Under the pieces are notes generated by a model. That model was not told where the DNA came from. It was given only the letters and a program-made list of their open reading frames with translations, and did not search any database. A stretch of DNA of 64,000 bases from Treponemataceae bacterium (GTDB lineage Bacteria > Spirochaetota > Spirochaetia > Treponematales > Rectinemataceae), in contig CAXXHO010000005.1 in assembly GCA_963667725.2 (NCBI GenBank), positions 416,001 to 480,000 of the forward strand, given 5' to 3'. Shown piece by piece: positions 41,343 to 50,618 of this stretch. Positions within the stretch are counted from its first letter, which is position 1; each line of letters starts with the position of its first letter. Made by a program: the position numbers and the translations under genes.

Positions 41343-41882
41343 TTATTCAATTTTATCAATAATACTATTATACCTGTTAAGTATTTTACCTTTGAAGTTT
41401 TCGTCTGAAAGCCTTAACTTCATTGTCTCTTCACCTTTCCCTTTCATTTCTTCTGGTGTTATAAGTTTTATTGAAATTGCCTCTGCAAATTCTAGCTTCC
41501 CAGCCATTAATATTTTAATTTTTTCAAATATCTTAGTATATCCATACTTTGTATCTTTATCGTCTTCACCACTTCCACAACAAGTTATAAAATATAGCTT
41601 GTTTATATCATCTTTATACTTTTTAAGAAAATCACTTAATGGAGATATTAATTGTCCCATCCAAACAGGTCCACATAGTATAACTGCATCATAATTTTTT
41701 ATGTTTTTATCAGTCTTATGAATTCCAAAGCTTATTTTTAATAATGATGATATCATTAGTCCAAATGATGATTTTATTCTTGGTGATATTTCAATTAAAT
41801 CATATTTTTTATCATTAGCTATTTTCTCTGCCAAATATTTGTTATTTCCAGTGTTTGAATAATATACAACAAGATTATTCAT
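41343..41882 (-). CDS. Flavodoxin-like protein
   Basis: VVYYSNTGNNKYLAEKIA, YDAVILCGPVW. Confidence 0.85.
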   Translation of the reverse strand: MNNLVVYYSNTGNNKYLAEKIANDKKYDLIEISPRIKSSFGLMISSLLKISFGIHKTDKNIKNYDAVILCGPVWMGQLISPLSDFLKKYKDDINKLYFITCCGSGEDDKDTKYGYTKIFEKIKILMAGKLEFAEAISIKLITPEEMKGKGEETMKLRLSDENFKGKILNRYNSIIDKIE

Positions 41883-42065
41883 CGATTCCTCCTCATTGAA
41901 TCTGCATTTTAAGTTTACCTAACTAGTGTTGAATTATAATATTAATTGCATTTCTATGTGCTTGATGGATCGAGCTAACATTTACACAATAATGTTTAGG
42001 ATGTATCTTTTTGCGCCGAAGGCGTCAATCTAACATTGGCTTAACCCTTAACGCCTGTTCCTGAG

Positions 42066-43988
42066 CTGGCGTTGTACAGTGCGCGGTATAGAAAATCTTG
42101 CTAATACTCTATAAATAATAGAGTTATACGATTGCAGTCGAAAATCTTTTATACCGCAACAGGATCTCTTGCTACTGTAGCAAGAACTTTCTTTGGTAAT
42201 TCAATAGTTAAGCGCTTGAAAATGTCCTTCGCCTCGTCGGAAATATCAGAGCAATACCAGAGGCTTACATTGTCGCTCTCAATAAGCCCTGCAGTAACAT
42301 CGGACAGAACTTTTTCAATCTGGTACCACGACCGGTCCGCCATATTCTCTGCATACCGTACCAGCACCATGGCAAGCCAGCAAATAAGAATATGGCTTCG
42401 AATACGATCATCAAGTCGGTGGTATATGGGACGAATATCCAAGGTGTTTTTCATATCCTTGAATACCCGCTCTATGGCCCAGAGCTGCTTATAGCCGGCA
42501 ACAATATCGGCAGCATCCAGCTTCATGCTGGACGTCGACACTAGAAACTTGCCATCAAGGAGTTCCTCTGAGGCTATCTTGGCGGTGTCGAGGTGCAAGA
42601 CACCCTTCGTATCCTGCCTAATGTATCTGCCATAGGCGGAATGAGAGCGTAGCGCACACGCCGCTTTCGTGTGTGCTTTCCCCGTATACTGCGACAGTTC
42701 ATCAAGCTTGCGCTTCGTAGCATCGACGATTTGTTCGCGTATGACATGGTCGCGCGTTTCGGCTTCCGGATTCTTGACGATGATGAATCGGCGCTCCGTG
42801 GCTTTCCCTGCATCGAGGACGACATCTTTAATCGCGAGGCCACTTTCCAGGATCCTGAATCGCCCTTTCCGGTGTAGGGCTTCTACCGCGGCGCCATCGG
42901 TACCAACGCGGAGCTTTTCGCCGATGATATAGTCACCGCATTCCCGTAAAAGGATTCTTCTGTTGTCGGCACTATTGAATCCTGCATCTTGGACCATGAC
43001 GACATGACCAAGATTCCACTGTCCTAGATCACCTTTCACCTGCTCGACGATCGTCTGGTCGCTCGTGTTGCCCGGGAATACCCAGCAGCGAATAGGAATG
43101 CCGCTACGCGTCACCGCAAAGGCAATCGAAACCAAGGGTAGCTCGGGGTGCCCATCCTTGCTGTGGCCACGTTTTAAGAGTCCCGAGCTGGAAGCATCTT
43201 CATCGGTCTCGAAATAGGTGTTCGTCGTATCGAGGAAGATGAGATCCACGTCGAGATGCGTATTCTTCGACACTTCGGTGAATATCTGCTTCTGGAGTTC
43301 CTCGTTCGACGCCACAAGAAGATCCATCGCCCTATAAAGATTATGAACGTCTACCTCGTTAAGGTCTTTAATAAAGGCTTTCTTTGAAACCCAGTGCTCA
43401 AGAGAAAGCTTCGAACCCGGAGCCAGGATCCTGCCTGCAACCATGGCAAAGCAGAGCCGTTCGACGGGTGTGGCGAACTGGCGTTCGTTAAGAAGCCCTT
43501 TGATAGCCTTTGCCATGCCAAGACGATTCCATAGGGCATCTAGAAGCCAGGTGCCCCCAAGCTCCCGACTTGAATGGAAGTCAAATCCGGCGGGGACTTC
43601 AGAAGGATATTCGCCTAAGACCGCAGACAGTGCCTTGATGATCGCCTGGATGTAGGAAGGCTCGATCTGATCTTCCCGTCCGAGCTTCATAAGGACATTG
43701 GTTTTGGTCTTTCCTGTTTCCTTGACGCGGTAGTTGTGCACAAGTTGAAGGTACGTATAGGTACCGCCTTGAGCATTCTTTAGGGTACATTTCCGTACGT
43801 TCATTATACCGCTAATTATACAACATAGTGTTTTATCTGTAAAGTTTTATTTCGAATATTTATAAATATCTTATACCGCATTTGCATCATGCTTTTTGTA
43901 CAGTCCGTTTTTAGTTATTTGTTGTCAGTATAATATATTAAGCTGCTTTATTGCTTACTGTATTATACCACACGCTGTACAACGTCAG
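42066..43988 (-). mobile_element. IS1634-family element, copy 4 (1923 bp)
   Basis: Same TIRs; TSD CTGAG. Confidence 0.92.
42149..43804 (-). CDS. IS1634-family transposase (mosaic allele)
   Basis: 551 aa. Confidence 0.9.
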   Translation of the reverse strand: MNVRKCTLKNAQGGTYTYLQLVHNYRVKETGKTKTNVLMKLGREDQIEPSYIQAIIKALSAVLGEYPSEVPAGFDFHSSRELGGTWLLDALWNRLGMAKAIKGLLNERQFATPVERLCFAMVAGRILAPGSKLSLEHWVSKKAFIKDLNEVDVHNLYRAMDLLVASNEELQKQIFTEVSKNTHLDVDLIFLDTTNTYFETDEDASSSGLLKRGHSKDGHPELPLVSIAFAVTRSGIPIRCWVFPGNTSDQTIVEQVKGDLGQWNLGHVVMVQDAGFNSADNRRILLRECGDYIIGEKLRVGTDGAAVEALHRKGRFRILESGLAIKDVVLDAGKATERRFIIVKNPEAETRDHVIREQIVDATKRKLDELSQYTGKAHTKAACALRSHSAYGRYIRQDTKGVLHLDTAKIASEELLDGKFLVSTSSMKLDAADIVAGYKQLWAIERVFKDMKNTLDIRPIYHRLDDRIRSHILICWLAMVLVRYAENMADRSWYQIEKVLSDVTAGLIESDNVSLWYCSDISDEAKDIFKRLTIELPKKVLATVARDPVAV

Positions 43989-44111
43989 CTGAGCGAAGCG
44001 AAGGATTGGCGTGGTTTTTGCGTAATCTTCTCGCAAAAACCATGACAAAAGGCGTTATAGGGTTGAAGCAGGTGTTAGGTACTTTATTTTTCCATCTAAC
44101 TAGAGCTCATC

Positions 44112-44861
44112 TTACTTAATACCAAATTGTAATTTCATGGTTATTGTTGCCGTCTTCAATCGTGTATTCGTATTATATATTCCATCCCACGAATAATCTT
44201 CATTTGAATTCCGTCCTAATATTTGTACTACACCCATATTTGCATACTTTAACTTTCCCAATTTTGATCCAGATTTCTCTGCTATAGCTTCAGCTCGTTC
44301 CCTTGCATTATTGGTTGCACTCTCAATCAATTCCATCTTTAGCTCTGATAATTTTGTATAATAGTATTCTGGCTCATTGGAATAGAACTCTACTCCCTTA
44401 TTAATCAAATCAGTTATCTCTCTTGAAACACTCTCTATTTTATTTATATCCGTAGACTCTATGGTTACCTTCTGCTGAAGACGGTATCCTTTAAATACTT
44501 GACGTTGATTATTTTCTTTATCAGTTACTGATTCATACTCTTTATTAATGGTTACTGATGATAATACATATTCATTTTGAGCTACATCTTTCTCTTTCAG
44601 AAACTCAATAATTGCTTTTTGATCACTATATAATTCCTCATATGCCTTTTTAATATCAGTATTTAATCTATAAAATGATCCTGACCACACTATTAAATCT
44701 GATTCAAAGTCTTTGCTTCCCAATCCTGTAACATTGATTATCTCACTTTCTTTGTTTCTATTAACAAAAGCAGTAGAGACAATAAATATTGATACAATTA
44801 TTGTTACAGTAATGATTAAGATCTTTAAATACTCGTAAATTTCAATTTTTCGTTGTTCCAT
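44112..44861 (-). CDS. SIMPL (DUF541) domain protein
   Basis: N-terminal TM; INVTGLG, ATNNARERAEAIA, LGKLKYA. Confidence 0.85.
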   Translation of the reverse strand: MEQRKIEIYEYLKILIITVTIIVSIFIVSTAFVNRNKESEIINVTGLGSKDFESDLIVWSGSFYRLNTDIKKAYEELYSDQKAIIEFLKEKDVAQNEYVLSSVTINKEYESVTDKENNQRQVFKGYRLQQKVTIESTDINKIESVSREITDLINKGVEFYSNEPEYYYTKLSELKMELIESATNNARERAEAIAEKSGSKLGKLKYANMGVVQILGRNSNEDYSWDGIYNTNTRLKTATITMKLQFGIK

Positions 44862-44971
44862 AATATGTTCCTTTTTGTGACATCATTTGATAAAGTTAAT
44901 GTATGACACATATTTCCAATATTTCAATAAGATACTAAGAATCTTCTATTATTCAATGTTAATCCGAATGT

Positions 44972-45095
44972 ACCTAACATTGGCTTAACCTTTAAATCCG
45001 TCCTGAGCGGAGCGAAGGATTGGCGCGCATTTTGCATTGTTGTTCCTGCAAAATGCGTGACAACAGGATTTATAAGGTTGAAGCGGTTGTTAGGT
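44972..45095 (-). repeat. attC site 40
   Basis: attC palindrome. Confidence 0.93.
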
Positions 45096-45584
45096 AATTT
45101 TCTCTCCATACATTCTCTGTCCTACGTTCCATGTCTTTCCGTTATCAAGCGATATTTCATCAATCCACGTAAATGTAGTTTCTGTTATGTCTTTAAATCT
45201 CCAAATTTCTCTCTTATCTTCTAATCCTAATACTTCTTGTATGATTTCTTTGTTTTCTTCTCTTCCTACTAAGTCTGCAAATTCATTATTACCAGGTTGC
45301 ATCAAACTTACATGCCATATATCACTCTTAATGTCGTAGCACCTAATAGTGATCCCATAGTTCTCTCTAGAATAACTATCTGCATATAAAACATCTTGAA
45401 CACCTAAGCCGCCTAATATCCAAGCAAAATGCCATTCTCCTGTAGTTTCTTTCGTTTCTCCCTCTGAATTATACCAAATAGATTGTATTCTCCAGCTTCC
45501 AATAAGCTGCCCATAGAGCATTACTTTCTGTTTATATGTTTCATTTGCATCTGATGCTCGTATGAGATCAAAAATGTCTTGCAT
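45090..45584 (-). CDS. Hypothetical beta-rich protein (DUF1579-like)
   Basis: LIGSW, WILGG, DNGKTW; paralog at 61903. Confidence 0.65.
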   Translation of the reverse strand: MQDIFDLIRASDANETYKQKVMLYGQLIGSWRIQSIWYNSEGETKETTGEWHFAWILGGLGVQDVLYADSYSRENYGITIRCYDIKSDIWHVSLMQPGNNEFADLVGREENKEIIQEVLGLEDKREIWRFKDITETTFTWIDEISLDNGKTWNVGQRMYGEKIT

Positions 45585-45664
45585 TGCCGCTCCTTAAAAC
45601 TAAGAATGCATAAACTTGTTAATTGAAAGCTTATTGATGATCTTCTTGCGCGCCGAAGGCGTCT

Positions 45665-45789
45665 ACCTAACATTGGCTTAACCCTTAACGCCTGTTCCTG
45701 AGCGAAGCGAAGGATTGGCGTGGTTTTTGCGTCATCTTCAAGCAAAAACCATGACAAAAGGCGTTATAGGGTTGAAGCATTTGTTAGGC
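45665..45789 (-). repeat. attC site 41
   Basis: Dominant attC subtype. Confidence 0.93.
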
Positions 45790-45799
45790 AATTTCGCTT

Positions 45800-46072
45800 T
45801 TACTTATATGCATCTTTACGATTTTCTATATCAATGATGAATATTATTACTGTCTCTTCTGAGACTTTATAAAATAACCTGTAATCTCCTATACGATATC
45901 TATATATTTCCTTGTACTCGCCTTTAAGCTTTTTTATGTTCGATCCAAAATATGGATTCTCTCGTAATATCGGATATATGTATTCTTTGATCTTTTTATA
46001 TAAGAATTTATACTTCGGAGTACTGATCTTCTTTTCAAAAGTTTCAGTCTCTGCGATTTTATAGTTAAGCAA
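45800..46072 (-). CDS. relE: RelE-family toxin
   Basis: IKKLKG...YRYRIGDYRLFY...RKDAYK. Confidence 0.88.
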   Translation of the reverse strand: MLNYKIAETETFEKKISTPKYKFLYKKIKEYIYPILRENPYFGSNIKKLKGEYKEIYRYRIGDYRLFYKVSEETVIIFIIDIENRKDAYK

Positions 46073-46298
46073 TTACTTTATACCTTCCCGATGAAATATC
46101 CTTAAGTCCTTTCTTAAGATCCTTTTCAAAGGTAAGTATTTCGTTCATTTCTTCATCATCAACAATCGATTCGTTGACCGTAAAGTTTAACGCAGCATAT
46201 TCAAGATAGTTAGATATAGTTCTCTTTTGTCCATCTGCTGCCTTTTTGAATATATCATAGCTTGTTTCATCAAGCCGTACGGTAATAGTCTTTGCCAT
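46065..46298 (-). CDS. RHH antitoxin (DUF6290-like)
   Basis: KTITVRLD...RTISNYL; GAGGTG SD. Confidence 0.8.
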   Translation of the reverse strand: MAKTITVRLDETSYDIFKKAADGQKRTISNYLEYAALNFTVNESIVDDEEMNEILTFEKDLKKGLKDISSGRYKVIA

Positions 46299-46317
46299 AT
46301 AAACACCTCTTGCTTCA

Positions 46318-46346
46318 ATAGTATTCATACTGCATCTATTTGTCAA
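46318..46346 (-). promoter_or_regulatory. TA promoter
   Basis: TTGACA-17bp-TACTAT. Confidence 0.75.
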
Positions 46347-46423
46347 GTGATTAAAATAATCTATTAATTTAACATATTTATTTAAATTATAATGATTTAT
46401 CTTGCGCGCGCGTAAGCGCGTCT

Positions 46424-46548
46424 GCCTAACATTGGCTTAACCCTTAACGCCTGTTCCTGAGCGAAGCGAAGGATTGGCGTGGTTTTTGCGTCATCTTCGA
46501 GCAAAAACCATGACAAAAGGCGTTATAGGGTTGAAGCATTTGTTAGAT
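46424..46548 (-). repeat. attC site 42
   Basis: Dominant attC subtype. Confidence 0.93.
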
Positions 46549-46556
46549 GAATTATT

Positions 46557-47183
46557 TTAATATTTCAGAATCCCTGCGTTATCTAAATATTCGCCTATAT
46601 AAAACGATGGTGTATAATCTTTAAAACCTAATCTAAATATTCCAATCCCATTACTAATTTTGTTATTTACACTTTCTTGTAGTTCTTTTGCATTCCAAAT
46701 CAGTTCTAAAACATCAAAATATGTACTTTTACTTTCTATTTTTGTTCCTTTATAAATACCATTCTTTTTCCCATATGGAGCTAAAAAAATACTTCGTATT
46801 TCTAGAGTTTTATTTATAAAGTCATCGTTTTCATGGGTGTGTATGTTTTTCAAGAAAAGTGTATAAGTATCTTCTTTAATACTATTCCAACTCAGTTTAG
46901 TAGTTCTACCAATTCGTAATGGTAAGTCTGGTCTAAATACAGAGAACTCCTTACTTGTTAAAGGAAGAGTATCTTTATAAGCTGAGTTTTCTAAAAATGT
47001 TGTTCTTGAGACTCTATAGAAATAACATTTCTTTTTAAAATGCCCAGAGAATGTCCATCCAAATTTTTCTGACAATAAACAATCATAAAAGATTTCATCA
47101 TCATCCATTCCAATAATTCTGCAAAGTTTATCTCCCCAATTTATTGTATATATTCCACCTAATATTAAGTTGTCTAAACCCAT
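46557..47183 (-). CDS. Hypothetical protein
   Basis: 208-aa ORF filling the cassette. Confidence 0.75.
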   Translation of the reverse strand: MGLDNLILGGIYTINWGDKLCRIIGMDDDEIFYDCLLSEKFGWTFSGHFKKKCYFYRVSRTTFLENSAYKDTLPLTSKEFSVFRPDLPLRIGRTTKLSWNSIKEDTYTLFLKNIHTHENDDFINKTLEIRSIFLAPYGKKNGIYKGTKIESKSTYFDVLELIWNAKELQESVNNKISNGIGIFRLGFKDYTPSFYIGEYLDNAGILKY

Positions 47184-47283
47184 TTTAAGTCCTTTGATTA
47201 ATACAAATTAATTTAGCACGAAGAGTCCATCTAATATAATTAATAATAGATTCAACATGTCTACTTTTGCGCCGAAGGCGTCC

Positions 47284-47405
47284 ATCTAACATTGGCTTAA
47301 CCCGCGAGCCGTCGTGCGCTCCTGCGCTACCACGGCATTATCAGGTTAACATTGCAGCTATTTATGCTTTTGCGAACGCGAGTCGGGTTGAAGCTTTTGT
47401 TAGGT
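47284..47405 (-). repeat. attC site 43 (divergent interior)
   Basis: gcttaacccg...cgggttgaagc outer stem. Confidence 0.85.
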
Positions 47406-47915
47406 TTCTTCTTTTCTTAATATGTATATGCTCTTTATCTTCCCTGACCTTTCTTCATTCATCCAATACTTCATTCCGATTGATTTTGCTACTTCTTTTG
47501 ATGCTTCATTCTCAGGATTTATAATCGCTATAACTTTTTCTAATTTCCTTTCTTTAAAGGCATAATCAACTAATGCCTTTGCTATCTCTTTTGCATATCC
47601 TTTTTTCCATTTTGTTCTATCAATATAATAATTGACTTCAATATACTCTTTTCCCTTTATCTCTTTTGGAATGAATCCTGCGTGTCCTATCAATTCATGG
47701 GTGTTTTTAAGTTCTATCGGCCAGAGATCATATTCTTCTTTCTTTGGATCTTCTGCTATCTTTCTAAATTCTTCAATCAACATTAACTTATCTCTTGGCC
47801 CCCCAGTATACTTGGTCATTTCTTCATCAATCCACAAATACACTAGGAACTTTATATCTGACTTTCTTTGATAACGCAGTATCAATCTACTGGTTTTCAG
47901 TATTGTATCATCCAT
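47400..47915 (-). CDS. GNAT acetyltransferase (RimJ/RimL-like)
   Basis: TSRLILR, WKKGYAKE, NEASKEVAKSIGM. Confidence 0.87.
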   Translation of the reverse strand: MDDTILKTSRLILRYQRKSDIKFLVYLWIDEEMTKYTGGPRDKLMLIEEFRKIAEDPKKEEYDLWPIELKNTHELIGHAGFIPKEIKGKEYIEVNYYIDRTKWKKGYAKEIAKALVDYAFKERKLEKVIAIINPENEASKEVAKSIGMKYWMNEERSGKIKSIYILRKEET

Positions 47916-48030
47916 ATTTTCTCCAACAGATAAAATCAACTTTTTCAGCGTTTTACTTTTCTACGCGATCTTTCAATATAACATTGTTAATAAATAGTTT
48001 AGCATGTATCTTTTTGCGCCGAAGGCGTCA

Positions 48031-48181
48031 ACCTAACATTTTCGCTTAACCTTTAAGCCCGACCTGAGCGATAGCTCAGGTTTGGCGCGATTCTTGCACC
48101 ACTTTACGTTGCCGCTCCTACTTTACGGTATCTCGCAAGAAGCGTGCCAAAGGGCTTATAAGGTTGAAGCGTGTGTTAGGC
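48031..48181 (-). repeat. attC site 44 (long attttc subtype)
   Basis: attC palindrome. Confidence 0.92.
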
Positions 48182-48730
48182 GTCTTTTTTTATCTCCAAT
48201 TTTACTTTTGTTGTATTTCTAACTTTCTCTACAATAAAGCCTTCTTTTAAATACATATTTAATGATCCATGATATTTACTATATTCATTCTTTGCCTTTA
48301 CATTTGGATAGGCTTCAATTGCTTTAGTATTATCTTTTTTTGAATCTTCTACTATTCTCTTTAATATAGCTGTAGCTATTCCTTTCCCTCTATATTGTTC
48401 TTCAATCATGAAGCATACAATAGCTTTAATTCCATCATACTTCTGATCAGGCTTTAATAACTTTGTATAATATTGTTTAGGTCCAACATTGCACCACCCA
48501 ACTACTTTTCCATCTTCATATACTAAATAGCCTTTCATTTTATTATTCATGATAAGCCATTTTGCATATTCTCTCTGACTATTATTTACATCTGAGCTAT
48601 TATCATATCTTGGATAAAAATAATATGTGCAATAGCAGCCTTTCCATTCCTTGTGATCGGCGAATGCACGATTATCAAAAAAATCTAGCCATGCATTAAG
48701 ATTTCTATGAGAGATCTTTATGATTTTCAT
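48176..48730 (-). CDS. GNAT acetyltransferase
   Basis: CYC, VVGWCN, CFMI..YRGKGIAT, EAYP, YHG. Confidence 0.85.
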   Translation of the reverse strand: MKIIKISHRNLNAWLDFFDNRAFADHKEWKGCYCTYYFYPRYDNSSDVNNSQREYAKWLIMNNKMKGYLVYEDGKVVGWCNVGPKQYYTKLLKPDQKYDGIKAIVCFMIEEQYRGKGIATAILKRIVEDSKKDNTKAIEAYPNVKAKNEYSKYHGSLNMYLKEGFIVEKVRNTTKVKLEIKKDA

Positions 48731-48763
48731 AGTTTCTCCCTTCTTGCGCGCGTAAGCGCGTCC

Positions 48764-48889
48764 GCCTAACATTTTCGCTTAACCTTTAAATCCGTCCTGA
48801 GCGGAGCGAAGGATTGGCGCGCATTTTGCATTGTTGTTCTTGCAAAATGCGTGACAACAGGATTTATAAGGTTGAAGCGGGTGTTAGCC
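48764..48889 (-). repeat. attC site 45 (attttc subtype)
   Basis: attC palindrome. Confidence 0.92.
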
Positions 48890-49285
48890 GATTTTTCTTT
48901 TTATCTTTAATCCTAAATACTTTTCCATTGGATCAAAATCTCTATCGTTATGTAATAACTCAAATCCTTTCTCTATACAAAAAGTCGCTATTATTACATC
49001 TATTGTCTTTCTTACCGTTACTCCATTTTTTCTTAGTTTTCTATAATTACCTGCTGCAAGTATTGCCATTTCTTTCCCAAGAAAGTCATAATACTCAAGC
49101 CTATCCATTATCTTTTTTGCAATCTTTAGGTCTTTTTCTTCTCTAAATCCCTGTAAAAATTCAACAATTATTATATCCCCAGTCGCTACTCTGTCATGAA
49201 GCAATTCATAATCAAGTAAGTCTGTTTGAACTGATTCTACTCCTCGTACATAGTCTATCCAAACTGAAGTGTCTGCTATTATCAT
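48884..49285 (-). CDS. vapC: VapC PIN toxin
   Basis: DTSVWID, EFLQG, TIDVIIA, HNDRDF. Confidence 0.9.
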   Translation of the reverse strand: MIIADTSVWIDYVRGVESVQTDLLDYELLHDRVATGDIIIVEFLQGFREEKDLKIAKKIMDRLEYYDFLGKEMAILAAGNYRKLRKNGVTVRKTIDVIIATFCIEKGFELLHNDRDFDPMEKYLGLKIKRKIG

Positions 49286-49476
49286 CGGTCTAGTCTCATT
49301 TCTTCGAGATCACCTTCCCATTTGAGCTTTCCACGAACTTTTCTTATCTCTGATTGTTCTCTTTGATTGACTAAGAGCTTTAAAGCCTCTTCTATAGTTT
49401 CCTTTTTAGTTTTGTATCCAGAAACTTTTTTAGCCTTATTCATTAAAATATCATCAATTACTATATTTGTACGCAT
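49282..49476 (-). CDS. vapB: VapB antitoxin
   Basis: MRTNIVIDD...TKKETIEEAL...WEGDL. Confidence 0.9.
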   Translation of the reverse strand: MRTNIVIDDILMNKAKKVSGYKTKKETIEEALKLLVNQREQSEIRKVRGKLKWEGDLEEMRLDR

Positions 49477-49579
49477 TTCAATACCTCCTTAATGTGTATC
49501 ATATACAACAAGTATACACATATTTCAAGTAACAGTAAAGATGTCCTTCATTTCTTCTTGCGCGCGCGTAAGCGCGTCC

Positions 49580-49730
49580 GGCTAACATTTTCGCTTAACC
49601 TTTAAGCCCGACCTGAGCATAGCGAAGGTTTGGCGCGATTCTTGCAACACTTTACGCCGCCGCTCCTACTTTACGGTTTCTCGCAAGAATCGTGACAACA
49701 GGGCTTATAAGGTTGAAGCAGTTGTTAGGC
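49580..49730 (-). repeat. attC site 46 (long attttc subtype)
   Basis: attC palindrome. Confidence 0.92.
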
Positions 49731-49738
49731 AAATCTTT

Positions 49739-50161
49739 TTATGATGCATTTTTTGTTTTCAAATACTCTTCTGGAGTCTGAACAAGTAGATCAGCTCCTT
49801 TATAGTCTTTTATATTCCTTGTTAATAAATGCTGAATTCCATGTTCTCTCGCTGTAAAGTATTGTATACCATCTTCAAAATCTGAAAATTGTGAATTCAG
49901 TGCCAAATCCACAACCTTATCATTCATTTCAACTATACCAATCATAATCCTTAACTTTCGCAATAGTTCTTTAGCCTTTTCTATTCCTAATAATTTCCTA
50001 AGAATATAGAATACATTTGCAAAGACAAGTGGTGTTGTTACGAGCTTCAGTATTCCTTTATCTCCCATAGTGAATACTTCTGCAGCATATGGATAGAATG
50101 GTTCACGCTTACAAAGAAGATCCAATATGATGTCAGTATCTATAAATATTTCCTTACTCAT
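49739..50161 (-). CDS. PIN-domain toxin
   Basis: FIDTDIILD, DFEDGIQY, TRNIKDY. Confidence 0.88.
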   Translation of the reverse strand: MSKEIFIDTDIILDLLCKREPFYPYAAEVFTMGDKGILKLVTTPLVFANVFYILRKLLGIEKAKELLRKLRIMIGIVEMNDKVVDLALNSQFSDFEDGIQYFTAREHGIQHLLTRNIKDYKGADLLVQTPEEYLKTKNAS

Positions 50162-50396
50162 ATTTTGCTTCCAAGTAGCCCAAGTAATCTATCCCTTTCA
50201 TATCTTTCTCAGAAATGACTCCACTAAGTTCTTCTACTAAGGGAGAATACGTTGATTTTATCTTCTCGCCCTCAGATACAAGGTTTCTGAAGTACGATTC
50301 AACAAGTTTTGACAGGCTTTTATTGTTGTTGTGAGCATATTTCTTTACAGATTGAATAACTGCTTTATCCAGTTTTAATGTTAGTTTAGTTTCCAT
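50154..50396 (-). CDS. DUF6364-like RHH antitoxin
   Basis: TKLTLKLD...SLSKLVESYF; overlaps the PIN gene. Confidence 0.82.
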   Translation of the reverse strand: METKLTLKLDKAVIQSVKKYAHNNNKSLSKLVESYFRNLVSEGEKIKSTYSPLVEELSGVISEKDMKGIDYLGYLEAKYE

Positions 50397-50484
50397 ATCA
50401 AACTCCTATACGTACTATTATAACTAATATTGTACGTATTGTAAAGCTTGATCAACCGTTTTCTTTGCGCGCGCTAGCGCGTCT

Positions 50485-50610
50485 GCCTAACATTTTCGCT
50501 TAACCTTTAAATCCGTCCTGAGCGTAGCGAAGGATTGGCGCGCATTTTGCATTGTTGTTCTTGCAAAATGCGTGACAACAGGATTTATAAGGTTGAAGCG
50601 GGTGTTAGGT
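50485..50610 (-). repeat. attC site 47 (attttc subtype)
   Basis: attC palindrome. Confidence 0.92.
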
Positions 50611-50618
50611 GTCTCGTT

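Larger units (their letters stand above)
42028..44080 (-). repeat. attC site 39, split by IS1634 copy 4
   Basis: Halves 42028-42065 and 43989-44080. Confidence 0.92.

Noticed and set aside
2428..43790. Small ORFs overlapping the IS1634, IS3 and IS30 transposases
   Set aside because: Alternative-frame or antisense shadows, repeated only because the IS is repeated
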